From Vibrio vulnificus CMCP6 (lineage in GTDB: Bacteria; Pseudomonadota; Gammaproteobacteria; Enterobacterales; Vibrionaceae): 32,000 nucleotides of DNA. The notes beneath the pieces are model-generated. The model saw nothing but the letters and a program-made list of their open reading frames with translations, made no database searches and was not told the origin of the DNA. Shown piece by piece: positions 7,740-16,923 of this stretch. The stretch spans positions 1 through 32,000 of the forward strand of contig NC_004459.3 of NCBI RefSeq assembly GCF_000039765.1. The letters are read 5' to 3'. Within the stretch, counting starts at the first letter, position 1; each line of letters opens with the position of its first letter. The translations under genes were made by a program, and so were the position numbers.

Positions 7740-10289
7740 CTAATTTTTCATGTGCACATCAATTTGTGGATAAGCAATTTCAACATTATTCTCATTGAAT
7801 AACTGATTAATCTTTTTGTTTACCAAATGAAGAGTTGGTAAGCGATCATCAATTGAGTTGATATGAAGCCTAAGCTCAAACTCCAAACTGCTGTCACCAA
7901 AAGACAGAAAATATACCTTCGGTATAGGGGAGTTTAATATGTGAGGATTACCTTCCACGGCTCGATATAGTAACTCTTCAACCAAATCTATATCTGAATC
8001 ATAGGCAACACCAATAGGGATAACTACCCTAGTAACCGAATCGGTCAAGGACCAGTTGATAAGCTTGTCTGTGATAAATACTTTATTAGGGACAACAATT
8101 TCTTTATTGTCCCAATCAATAATGGTTGTAGATCGAGTTTGAATTTTACTAACGGTTCCAGAAAGCTCATTAATAGTAACCGTGTCACCTATCCTTATTG
8201 GTCTCTCAAACAACAGTATTAGACCTGAAATAAAATTGGCAAATATTTCCTGCAGACCAAACCCCAAACCAACACCAACCGCAGCAACTAACCATTGCAA
8301 GCTTTCCCACTCAATACCGATGGTGGTAAAAGCAATAACAATACCAAGCATCAATATAATGTATCGAAGTAAAGTAGTAATCGTGTAGCCAGTTCCAGGT
8401 GCTAGGCTCATTCTACGTAAAACCAACAATTCTAAAAGGCCTGGGATATTTCTTATACTCACAAATGAAATAGCTAAAGTAAGCAACGCATACATAAGTG
8501 ATTTCAAGGTGATATCGACCGCTTCACCACCACTCGTAGGCGAAGCAACCTGCCATAAGAGAACGTTATCCATCCAGTTGGTTAATTCTAACTGACTTGA
8601 CCATACTGTCGAAAGAACAGTAACTAACAAAATTAAACTCAGCCCTTTCAACAACGCCATAGACTGTTCGCTAATGGATGCTTTATCTAAAGCATGGCTT
8701 TCAGCGTCAAAGGACGCAGTTTCTTCTGATAAACCTTCGCTTTCACGAGCGATTTTTTCCTCTCGCTTTGCAAGAAAGCGCTGATAAATCAATTGTTTTT
8801 GCTCTAAGATTAACCACCGCTCCCCTAACTGATAAACTAAGAAAACCCCCATTAATGCAAACATATTGAGTTGCTGGAGTATCAGTATTTTCCACGAACC
8901 GACATACAGACCTAATATGGCCATCGCGATGACAACAAAGAAAGAGACCTGCACTGAATAATAAATAAGAAAGAAACCAAGCCCTGATTGAAAAAATGCA
9001 GGGAAGTGAGTATTAACGTCGTCTAAATTCAATGTGCTCGTATAAAATACAAAGAGAAAAACAACCACAAGCAGATAAAGTATACGAAGGATTTCGACAT
9101 CATTTTCATGCTCAACCAAACGGAAAACGTGGAATAAAACAAGAATGATAAGTAATGGTAACATTATCATCCGTATTCGATGATGAATCGTGTGGCACAC
9201 TTCGCTTGACCAGCGAAAATGTAATTCAAGCATCCCTTTTTTTCTACTCAAATGATAAAGAAAACCCACACTCCACAATAGAACAAAGCTAGCTATCATG
9301 ATCTCATCAAACAAAATTGATGGATGACGCAGCGACATGAAATCGAGAAACCATACGCAGTTGAAGAAAAATATAGGGAGCATTGATGATGCTAAGACGG
9401 TTATTAGTAAAACGATGATGCTATTTGAAAAGCTGTCTTTTAATGGATGACCAAATATTTTTTCTTGTCGCTGTGATATAAGATCAAGTTTTAACTTAAG
9501 CCACCAATTTAAAAACAGCAATGTTAGGGAGAAGACGGCTAGAAAAATTAATGCCACATTCATTTTTGACCAATCAATATTCTTAGAACTAGAACCAGAC
9601 GAATATATCACCCCGAACAGTTTCTTACCGTTCAGATTAAAAATGCTTTCCCAAAGAGGTGTATTACTGTAGGTCCAGACCTGTCGTTCTTTAAGAAAGG
9701 CTATGGCTGTTTCAAGCGTTACAGAATAATTTTCAGATACGTCAATTAACTTGTCTACCTCTGTCGAGAGCTGTTTATATAATGACATTAACTCTTGGAG
9801 TTTTTTTAGATTAGAACTGTCTCGTGCAAGCGAATCGGAAGCCCTTGAAGCTTTGGTAATTTCATAGAACCGAAGATTTACCTGTGAGCGATAATCGTGA
9901 AGGCTTTGGATGTTGATTCCTTTCGGTAACTCTTGCAGCAAATTCCTTGTATAGGCTCCGAATGTCGTCGTCTTATTAAGCCAATTTAGGTTATCCTTTA
10001 TTGCCTTCATTTCATCCGAAAGTTCGGTATATTCTAGGTTCACATTTTGTAGATCGGTGGCCGTTTTAGCAATTTCAAGTTTGACTTTTTCAATCTCCGA
10101 TTCAAGCTTGTGAGTATCTGTAAAATTCTCTTGGCTAAATTCCAGCTCCTTAGCTATAAAACTGTCACTATTGAGGACTCTCGAGTACGAATTTTCATCC
10201 TCACTGGTCAGAAGATAGATAGCAATTGACATGGCAATCATTGCTATGAATGCCATGATATATGAGTAGGTTTCTTTTTTTCTAATCAC
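7740..10289 (-). CDS. Large MscS/KefA-type mechanosensitive ion channel family protein
   Basis: N-terminal coiled-coil region, multiple TM segments, then an MscS core: GLGFGLQEIFANFISGLILLFERPIRIGDTVTINELSGTVSKIQTRSTTIIDWDNKEIVVPNKVFITDKLINWSLTD. GTG start with a GAGAAGG Shine-Dalgarno. Confidence 0.9.
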   Translation of the reverse strand: MIRKKETYSYIMAFIAMIAMSIAIYLLTSEDENSYSRVLNSDSFIAKELEFSQENFTDTHKLESEIEKVKLEIAKTATDLQNVNLEYTELSDEMKAIKDNLNWLNKTTTFGAYTRNLLQELPKGINIQSLHDYRSQVNLRFYEITKASRASDSLARDSSNLKKLQELMSLYKQLSTEVDKLIDVSENYSVTLETAIAFLKERQVWTYSNTPLWESIFNLNGKKLFGVIYSSGSSSKNIDWSKMNVALIFLAVFSLTLLFLNWWLKLKLDLISQRQEKIFGHPLKDSFSNSIIVLLITVLASSMLPIFFFNCVWFLDFMSLRHPSILFDEIMIASFVLLWSVGFLYHLSRKKGMLELHFRWSSEVCHTIHHRIRMIMLPLLIILVLFHVFRLVEHENDVEILRILYLLVVVFLFVFYTSTLNLDDVNTHFPAFFQSGLGFFLIYYSVQVSFFVVIAMAILGLYVGSWKILILQQLNMFALMGVFLVYQLGERWLILEQKQLIYQRFLAKREEKIARESEGLSEETASFDAESHALDKASISEQSMALLKGLSLILLVTVLSTVWSSQLELTNWMDNVLLWQVASPTSGGEAVDITLKSLMYALLTLAISFVSIRNIPGLLELLVLRRMSLAPGTGYTITTLLRYIILMLGIVIAFTTIGIEWESLQWLVAAVGVGLGFGLQEIFANFISGLILLFERPIRIGDTVTINELSGTVSKIQTRSTTIIDWDNKEIVVPNKVFITDKLINWSLTDSVTRVVIPIGVAYDSDIDLVEELLYRAVEGNPHILNSPIPKVYFLSFGDSSLEFELRLHINSIDDRLPTLHLVNKKINQLFNENNVEIAYPQIDVHMKN

Positions 10290-10355
10290 TTTGCCTTCTC
10301 ACCAGTGCCAAAACAAAGAAGATGCCATTCATTAAAATGACATTACTTTTCTTTT

Positions 10356-10958
10356 CTATTCTTGACTGAACGCCTCTGCCAATTCTTCAATAATTTCGCT
10401 AAAAGCATTACCCAACCCCTTTGCTAATGCTTCAGGTGTTTTATCTGACAGTTCAACTTTACTTAATATTTTCTTATCAAATATGATAGCGGGTCTAACG
10501 CTAGAACTGTCCACCAAAATGAATTGTATTTCCATTACGGCGGTTGGTGTCTGGCCTTTTCTGAAGTCGCCAAATAATTTGGTGACGACGGTTTTTAGGA
10601 CTAAGTTAGTAGAAACACCTGCATTATAGGGAACGGTATTAGCGACCACTCCAGAGCGTATGAGTAAGGTCGGTATTTGGTTTTCGATGATAGCGCCAGG
10701 CTCAGTAATAAAACGATTATAATAATCACTTTCGAAACTGACATCAGACAACCTGAATACCATTTGCGTGTTATTAAAAGGGCTTTCCACACGAACGCCA
10801 TCGATAAGTAACGTTTCATATTTTTTTGTGTACGTCTTCGCCGGATAATCAGCCACAATAGCGTAATTATTTGGACTTTCTACAGGCTGCGCCATCATCC
10901 CACAGCCAAATAAAACAAAAAGACTCAACATCACTAGGAAATATTTATTTCTATTCAT
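10356..10958 (-). CDS. ABC-type transport auxiliary lipoprotein of an MCE system (PqiC-like)
   Basis: Lipoprotein signal MNRNKYFLVMLSLFVLFGC; conserved YxxxYETLLIDGVRVESPFNNTQMVFR region; position directly downstream of the MCE gene. The ORF opens at 10994 with GTG, but the start at 10958 gives a clean lipoprotein signal. Confidence 0.72.
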   Translation of the reverse strand: MNRNKYFLVMLSLFVLFGCGMMAQPVESPNNYAIVADYPAKTYTKKYETLLIDGVRVESPFNNTQMVFRLSDVSFESDYYNRFITEPGAIIENQIPTLLIRSGVVANTVPYNAGVSTNLVLKTVVTKLFGDFRKGQTPTAVMEIQFILVDSSSVRPAIIFDKKILSKVELSDKTPEALAKGLGNAFSEIIEELAEAFSQE

Positions 10959-10997
10959 ATCTAACCACACTTTATTTGGAGTCGTAATATTCACGTT

Positions 10998-11969
10998 TTA
11001 ATCTATTTTTAACTTCTGAGGCTCAGAGCTAAATATGATACTGGATGGCTGATTCTTCAAAGTCTCGGAAAAGCTTTTTAAATTTTCGACAGTGGCTCTC
11101 AAGTCTTTCATGACATAATTAATTTCAGGCTGGTTATCAGCCATGATCACATCTAGCCTGACAGCCGCACGGTCTAAATCTTTAATTAACGTATTGATAT
11201 CACCTTCATCACTGAGAGATGAATTGAGACTTTGGCTAATTTGTGCGATTGAAGAGATGATAACCTTCACTTCTGGGTCTGAAACTACGCCATCAACACC
11301 CTTCACCATCTGGTTAGTATTTATCAGCAACGTTAGGAGCTGCGCATTCAGCGCTTCAACATCCACCAGACCTATAGATTTGTTTAAAGTTTCAAGCAGA
11401 ATATTGATATTAGATACTAATGTGTTGATATCCGCCTCATCCAAACGAGAAATTAAACGCTGTATGCCTGAAACGATTTTTCCCGTGGAGTTTTTTGTTG
11501 ATGGTACATAGGGGTAGTCTGGATCCCAATCGAAATTTAATTCTACATCTGCCTGTGTATAGTCAAATGATAAATACTGTTGACCGGTGATACCTGCTAA
11601 TTGTGTTGTCGCTCTAAGACCGCGCTCTATGGAAATTTCAATATTTCTATTCCATTCTTCGGCTGTACTTTTCGTACCGTTGATCTCACTGCGAACAACC
11701 ACATAGGACTTCCTATTTTCTCTTGGTACTGCTGATTCATAGAGCGCATCTGACAATTCTATTGCCACTACTTCCCCGGCAGTGATCCCACGAAAGCGCA
11801 CCGGAGCTCCAACATCAAGACCAGATACTGATTCATCAAAGTAAGTCTCAATAATTATCTTAGGTTCAAATAAAGACCGACCACCTAGGATAAACAGGAC
11901 AATAAATAACGAGATCAACGCTGAGACCACAAACAACCCTAACTTGTAACTGCCTTTTGAATCATCCAT
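10998..11969 (-). CDS. MlaD-like MCE domain protein, substrate-binding component of a lipid ABC transporter
   Basis: Single N-terminal TM followed by the MCE signature YFDESVSGLDVGAPVRFRGITAGEVVAIEL; helical C-terminal region. Confidence 0.88.
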   Translation of the reverse strand: MDDSKGSYKLGLFVVSALISLFIVLFILGGRSLFEPKIIIETYFDESVSGLDVGAPVRFRGITAGEVVAIELSDALYESAVPRENRKSYVVVRSEINGTKSTAEEWNRNIEISIERGLRATTQLAGITGQQYLSFDYTQADVELNFDWDPDYPYVPSTKNSTGKIVSGIQRLISRLDEADINTLVSNINILLETLNKSIGLVDVEALNAQLLTLLINTNQMVKGVDGVVSDPEVKVIISSIAQISQSLNSSLSDEGDINTLIKDLDRAAVRLDVIMADNQPEINYVMKDLRATVENLKSFSETLKNQPSSIIFSSEPQKLKID

Positions 11970-12783
11970 TACTTAGCTCACTCTCTTCTTTTTGTTCATC
12001 TGATTTTTGTACATCGGGCTTCCGGTTGAAAAACTGGCGAACTCGGGTATCGCTACTTTGGTCACGTAAATCGCTAGGGTGTCCTTCAGCAATAATACTT
12101 TTAGATAAGGGGTCGAGCATAATTGCTCTATCGGCTATGGAGAAAATACTTTGGAGTTCGTGCGTCACAATGATGAATGTGTACCCTAAACTCTCTCTTA
12201 AATTTAATATTGTTTGATCTAAGTTAGCAGCTGTAATCGGATCCAAGCCCGCCGAAGGTTCATCCAAAATCAAGATATTCGCACCAATAGCCATGGCTCT
12301 GGCGATCCCTGCTCGCTTGAGCATACCTCCAGATAACTGACTTGGCATCAGCTCAGCTGAATAGCCCATCTCCAATAGTTCTAATAGTGTTCGAGAAATT
12401 TTATTTTTCTCCGCCATACCGAGATCGGTAAATTGATCTAATGGGAAACGCACATTTTCCAAAATGCTCAATGACCCAAACAAAGCTCCGCTTTGATACA
12501 TAACGCCTAGTTGACGCTGTATTGACGCCTTCTCTGTTTCTCCAGCACCAACAATGCTCTTACCGTTGATGGTGATGTCCCCAGAGATAGGTTCATACAG
12601 CCCAATAATGTGCTTCATCAAGCTAGATTTACCACATCCAGAACCACCTAAAATAACGAGAATTTCACCTCGCTTTACACTAAAAGAGGCGTTTTCTAGT
12701 AGGATCTTCTCGCCGTAACCCATTTTTAAGCCGGTTACTACGACCGCCTCATCATTTTTCGGGTCATTTATTTTCGAGTTCAT
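11962..12783 (-). CDS. MlaF-like ABC transporter ATP-binding protein
   Basis: Walker A GGSGCGKSS, ABC signature LSGGMLKRAGIARAM, Walker B NILILDEPSAGLDP, H-loop THE. Confidence 0.92.
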   Translation of the reverse strand: MNSKINDPKNDEAVVVTGLKMGYGEKILLENASFSVKRGEILVILGGSGCGKSSLMKHIIGLYEPISGDITINGKSIVGAGETEKASIQRQLGVMYQSGALFGSLSILENVRFPLDQFTDLGMAEKNKISRTLLELLEMGYSAELMPSQLSGGMLKRAGIARAMAIGANILILDEPSAGLDPITAANLDQTILNLRESLGYTFIIVTHELQSIFSIADRAIMLDPLSKSIIAEGHPSDLRDQSSDTRVRQFFNRKPDVQKSDEQKEESELSNG

Positions 12784-12792
12784 CAGGCTTCC

Positions 12793-13866
12793 TCAGGTTA
12801 GTAATACGGTAAAAAAGCCATCAATGACCACTATCCAAATGATACTACTCACCACTGCACTGGTTGCCGCCAAGCCTACCGAAGTAGAACCTTGACCTGT
12901 AGCTAACCCCCTTTCACAACCGATAACAGCGATAATGAAGCCAAAAGTCGTGGCTTTGATCAAACCAAATCCAAAATCCCAAATAGAAAGTGCACTTAGC
13001 AATTGATGATAATATTGAACAAAACTGATATCGAACTTCAGCAATACAAGTGCACCGCCAAAAACACCGATGATGTCTGCAAATACTGTTAATAGTGGGA
13101 GCACAAGAATAGAAGCATAAATTCGAGGTATGACCAAGAACTCAACGGGGCTGATACCAAAGGTGCGCAGTGCATTTATCTCTTCGTTCACTTTCTGAGT
13201 GCCGATCTCAGCCGCAAACGCAGCACCAGTCCGGCCAGCAAAAACGATAGCAGTCATCAATGGGCCCAGTTCCCTGAGCATTGATATCCCTATTCCATCC
13301 GCCACAAAAAGAACTGCACCAAATTGCTCAGCTACTAGGCCTATTTCAAAGGCAATGATAACACCCATGAGGAAGCCAATTAACATAATTATTGGTACTG
13401 CATCAGCACCCGCCCTTGATGCAATATCAGAAACTGTCGCCCAATTTACGTTTTTCCTCCGGCTTATTCCTATTTTGAAAACCACTGCACAATCTTTAAC
13501 AAACCGAGCCACAGAACCGACATCGATAAGCATTTCTTTTGTAGCTCGCCCAACGCGCTCAAAAAAACCTCTTTCTCTACCGACAATACTAGGATTGTTT
13601 TCCACCGGGGCTGGCGGTACAAGTTCAGCCAAACTGGGCTTAAGACCAACTATTGAAATTTCAGCACCAGGCGCACGAAATCTTGTTTGTAAATCTGATA
13701 AAAACGCGATACCAGATATGTCGATAAAAGTTAAATTGTGCGCATTAACAACAATGGCAGAATTTGGATGTGTATCCAAAATCCTGTTCGCTTTTTCCCA
13801 TAAATTTCCAACAATTTCAGAAGTAATGCTTTCATCTAACTCGATTTCCAAACTGTTCTCGCTCAT
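12793..13866 (-). CDS. MlaE-like permease with N-terminal STAS domain
   Basis: STAS-like segment SAIVVNAHNLTFIDISGIAFLSDL; MlaE permease core ELGPLMTAIVFAGRTGAAFAAEIGTQKVNEEINALRTFGISPVEFLVIPR. The ORF opens at 14022, but the ATG at 13866 has a strong GAGGAAG Shine-Dalgarno. Confidence 0.88.
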   Translation of the reverse strand: MSENSLEIELDESITSEIVGNLWEKANRILDTHPNSAIVVNAHNLTFIDISGIAFLSDLQTRFRAPGAEISIVGLKPSLAELVPPAPVENNPSIVGRERGFFERVGRATKEMLIDVGSVARFVKDCAVVFKIGISRRKNVNWATVSDIASRAGADAVPIIMLIGFLMGVIIAFEIGLVAEQFGAVLFVADGIGISMLRELGPLMTAIVFAGRTGAAFAAEIGTQKVNEEINALRTFGISPVEFLVIPRIYASILVLPLLTVFADIIGVFGGALVLLKFDISFVQYYHQLLSALSIWDFGFGLIKATTFGFIIAVIGCERGLATGQGSTSVGLAATSAVVSSIIWIVVIDGFFTVLLT

Positions 13867-14591
13867 TACTTCTTCCTCAAAGTTATCCGCGTATAGATGC
13901 TTGGTATAATATGTTAAGAGGACTGACAAATAATTAGACAATCGCTTTATACTAGACAGGAATTTTGAATCTAACAACCTGAAGTAACTAAATTTCTGGC
14001 CTTGATGTGATGGGTTTAACAATCAAGTAGAATAGAATATTGCCTTTAAATATTCACCAAGAAAACTCCATATCGGATTATGCTGCACAATCCCCAAAAT
14101 TCTGGATTCATTCCTTTTCTACTGAACTTAAATTCTGGGATCTATTTGTTTGGGCTGTTCAAGGCATCCCTAACGCTACAACAGCAGTAAAGATTAAGGA
14201 TCATATCTCTATCACTATGATCAACAAAATCTTTTTCCAACACTCGAGCTTGAAAGAAGTTTTTCATACTCTACGCGGAAGAAGATATAATCCATTGTTA
14301 CCAGATTGCGCCTTGTTCTAAACTTGGTTAAGGAATAACCTCAATTTAATCGGAAAGTGTGAAAAACAATATCTTGAGGCTTGCGATTCAGGAACGGCAT
14401 GAGCCATTCTAAACTAATAAGATGTCTATTTTGTCGTTAACACACTGCTGTAACACTTCGGCGCCGAAGCGCTTATTGAAGTCTACTAACGGATCCGAGT
14501 ACGTTTTTTACAGTACACGAACGATGTCGAGCCTACCGAGTTGTCCGATATTCATCGTTTACTTTCCAACTATTACGAGTAAGAACACAAT

Positions 14592-14852
14592 TTGACATTA
14601 CAAAGGTTTGAAGAGCTTAAAAGTCAATATGAATCTAGAAAGACAGAAGAGGCTATTTCCGATTTCATTTCGAACACTGGCATGCTTCGCTCACCTTTGC
14701 TTGACGAGGTTCAAGACAAGATCTCGGAGCTAGAAGAAGGGGAATCCGAGGCTGACTCAGATGATGATGAATATTCAGAATCAGTGTGGGAATCTCGTCA
14801 AACAAAGCAACGAGAGAACAAAGAAATAGATGATATGTTTGGTACTCTGTGA
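14592..14852 (+). CDS. Hypothetical small acidic protein, possibly a gene remnant
   Basis: 86-aa ORF from a TTG start, rich in E/D/S, with low-complexity acidic tract EEGESEADSDDDEYSESVWES. A 35-codon open stretch precedes it in the same frame behind a TAA. Confidence 0.35.
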   Translation: MTLQRFEELKSQYESRKTEEAISDFISNTGMLRSPLLDEVQDKISELEEGESEADSDDDEYSESVWESRQTKQRENKEIDDMFGTL

Positions 14853-15021
14853 AAAATATACATCTAGTTAACCAATAGAAATTTTTATCCAGAACTTACG
14901 AGCTAGATCTAAGACTTTAACTCGGAATTGTCCAGAGACGTGCCAGAACTATCACTGCTGACAACAACGAGTATGATGACCGTGATGCTACTTTATGCAT
15001 TCTATTTAACATCAGAAAACG

Positions 15022-15092
15022 ACAAATGTTGCAAACCACATTAAAATACAGAAATAGGTGCAACATTTGTGTGCGAGAATACAAATGTTGCA
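15022..15092. repeat. Three copies of a 12-bp motif ACAAATGTTGCA, two forming a perfect inverted repeat
   Basis: ACAAATGTTGCA at 15022-15033; TGCAACATTTGT at 15059-15070; ACAAATGTTGCA at 15081-15092. The last two are perfect inverted complements separated by 10 bp (gtgcgagaat). Confidence 0.85.
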
Positions 15093-15208
15093 TAGGTAGC
15101 TTTATGTCGAGGTTTGGTTTATCCAATATGGCTCTAACTCATTATTTAACCAGCATTATTCACTCATTCACTAGCTTAGCCCATCAGATGCTTAAGCGAA
15201 CTAATCAG

Positions 15209-15565
15209 GATTTGCCCACACCAGTAAAATATTACAACCCTGAAATCGCGAAGGAGTATAAGAAAATCGAAGCGGCTGCAGAGCAAAAACTGCTCTCCAT
15301 GCTGCCGGAAGAGTTTCAGGAAGACTTTCGTCCATTTGTCATCTCACAACAAACTTCGGAAGAAGAAGCTCAAATCGTCAAACAAGCTGATTCCATTTGT
15401 GCCTATCTCAAATGTCTAGAAGAACTCAGTGCAGGTAATCACGAGTTTGCTTTGGCGAAAAAGCGCTTAGACATTACGTTAGCGGAAAGAAAAACACCTG
15501 AAATGGATTATTTCCTCAATACGTTTGCGCCAAGCTTTGAGCTATCCCTAGACGAAATCAGTTAA
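15209..15565 (+). pseudogene. yfbR: 3' part of the 5'-deoxynucleotidase gene yfbR, lacking the N-terminal catalytic HD region
   Basis: [36 protein letters not shown]...[31 protein letters not shown]...[21 protein letters not shown] matches YfbR from about residue 77. The preceding in-frame residues ([12 protein letters not shown]...LKRTNQ) do not resemble YfbR. Confidence 0.85.
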
Positions 15566-15570
15566 CAAAT

Positions 15571-16902
15571 ATGGAGTCCACTTTGTCATTGACTATTCGC
15601 TCACAATGGCTGGAACGCCATGATGATGAACATAAAATTCGTCGTGATGATCATCGCAGCCCTTTTCAACGCGATCGAGCACGAATTCTTCATTCGGCCG
15701 CTTTTCGTCGCCTGCAGGCCAAAACCCAAGTGCATGGCAACAGCCTCGAAGATTTTCATCGCACCCGATTAACCCATTCGCTCGAAGCGGCGCAACTGGG
15801 CACCGGAATTGTCGCACAAATTAAGAAGAAACAACCCGAGTATCGAGATCTTCTGCCCACTGACAGCTTAATCGATGCCTTGTGCTTAGCTCACGACATT
15901 GGACACCCACCGTATGGACACGGCGGCGAGGTGGCTCTGAATTATATGATGCGAGACCATGGCGGCTTCGAAGGTAACGCGCAAACTTTCCGCATCGTCA
16001 CTCAACTCGAGCCCTACACCGAACACTTCGGCATGAATTTGTCTCGGCGCACACTGCTAGGGTTAATTAAATACCCAGCTTTTATCAGCCAGACTCGCGC
16101 GGCTTCACAGCCTGCTCCTGTGAGCCACCAACGTCAAATCAAAGCCAAGCAGTGGAGTCCAGCAAAAGGCATTTATGATTGCGATAAAGCCCTATTTGAC
16201 TGGGTACTAGCACCATTAAGTGAAACCGATAAACAACAGCTGAATGCAATGCGGGATTGCCCCCACGACGCCTTATCTCATCGAAAAACGCGTTATAAAT
16301 CGCTCGATTGTTCGATTATGGAGCTGGCTGATGATATTGCTTATGGCGTGCATGATCTTGAAGATGCCATTGTGCTTGGACTCGTCACACGTAGCCAATG
16401 GCAAGAAGGCGCAGCGAGTCAGTTAGCCGATTGTGGTGACCCATGGTTTGAAAAACACATTAGTTCCATTGGCGAGATGTTATTTAGTGGCCAGCATCAT
16501 CAACGCAAAGATGCCATTGGCGGTATGGTTAACGCACTGCTCACCAGCATCGACGTTAAGCCCGTCGACGGTGAATTTGAAAGTCCACTGTTGGCCTTTA
16601 ATGCTTATCTCGATATCGGCATGGAGAAAGCACTGTCGATTTTGAAGCACTTTGTCAGCCAGTATGTGATTCAAATTCCTCAGGTTCAAATTGTCGAGTA
16701 TAAGGGACAACAGATCATCATGGATTTATTTGAAGCGCTCAGTGCCGATCCTCAACGCTTGCTGCCTTTGCCCACTCGACATCGTTGGGAGCTGGCTGAA
16801 ACAGACACCAGCAAAATGCGAGTGATAGCGGACTACATTTCTTCGATGACCGATGGCCATGCGCAGCGACTGCACCAACAGTTGTTTTCATCACATCATT
16901 AA
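15571..16902 (+). CDS. dGTPase-like HD-domain deoxyguanosinetriphosphate triphosphohydrolase
   Basis: RDRARILHSAAFRRLQAKTQV, LCLAHDIGHPPYGHGGE and DIAYGVHDLEDAI motifs of the Dgt family. Confidence 0.93.
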   Translation: MESTLSLTIRSQWLERHDDEHKIRRDDHRSPFQRDRARILHSAAFRRLQAKTQVHGNSLEDFHRTRLTHSLEAAQLGTGIVAQIKKKQPEYRDLLPTDSLIDALCLAHDIGHPPYGHGGEVALNYMMRDHGGFEGNAQTFRIVTQLEPYTEHFGMNLSRRTLLGLIKYPAFISQTRAASQPAPVSHQRQIKAKQWSPAKGIYDCDKALFDWVLAPLSETDKQQLNAMRDCPHDALSHRKTRYKSLDCSIMELADDIAYGVHDLEDAIVLGLVTRSQWQEGAASQLADCGDPWFEKHISSIGEMLFSGQHHQRKDAIGGMVNALLTSIDVKPVDGEFESPLLAFNAYLDIGMEKALSILKHFVSQYVIQIPQVQIVEYKGQQIIMDLFEALSADPQRLLPLPTRHRWELAETDTSKMRVIADYISSMTDGHAQRLHQQLFSSHH

Positions 16903-16923
16903 CAACGCTCTATCTGGCCATCG

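Noticed and set aside
11143-11511. 122-aa plus-strand ORF opposite the MCE gene
   Set aside because: Antisense shadow ORF with no domain signature.
13199-13909. 236-aa plus-strand ORF opposite the MlaE permease
   Set aside because: Entirely antisense to a clear MlaE-like permease; biased composition is explained by the complementary strand.
7740-14022. Defence or toxin island
   Set aside because: The genes are clearly envelope lipid transport and channel families; nuclease, helicase, TIR or other defence domains were not seen.
14320-14530. Possible integron attC/VCR-like site
   Set aside because: Short palindromic bits (GGCGCCG, AAGCGCTT) occur, but there are no paired R/L boxes, no repeat copies and no integrase.
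15022-15092. CRISPR repeats
   Set aside because: Only three short 12-bp copies in mixed orientation with unequal spacing; no cas genes.
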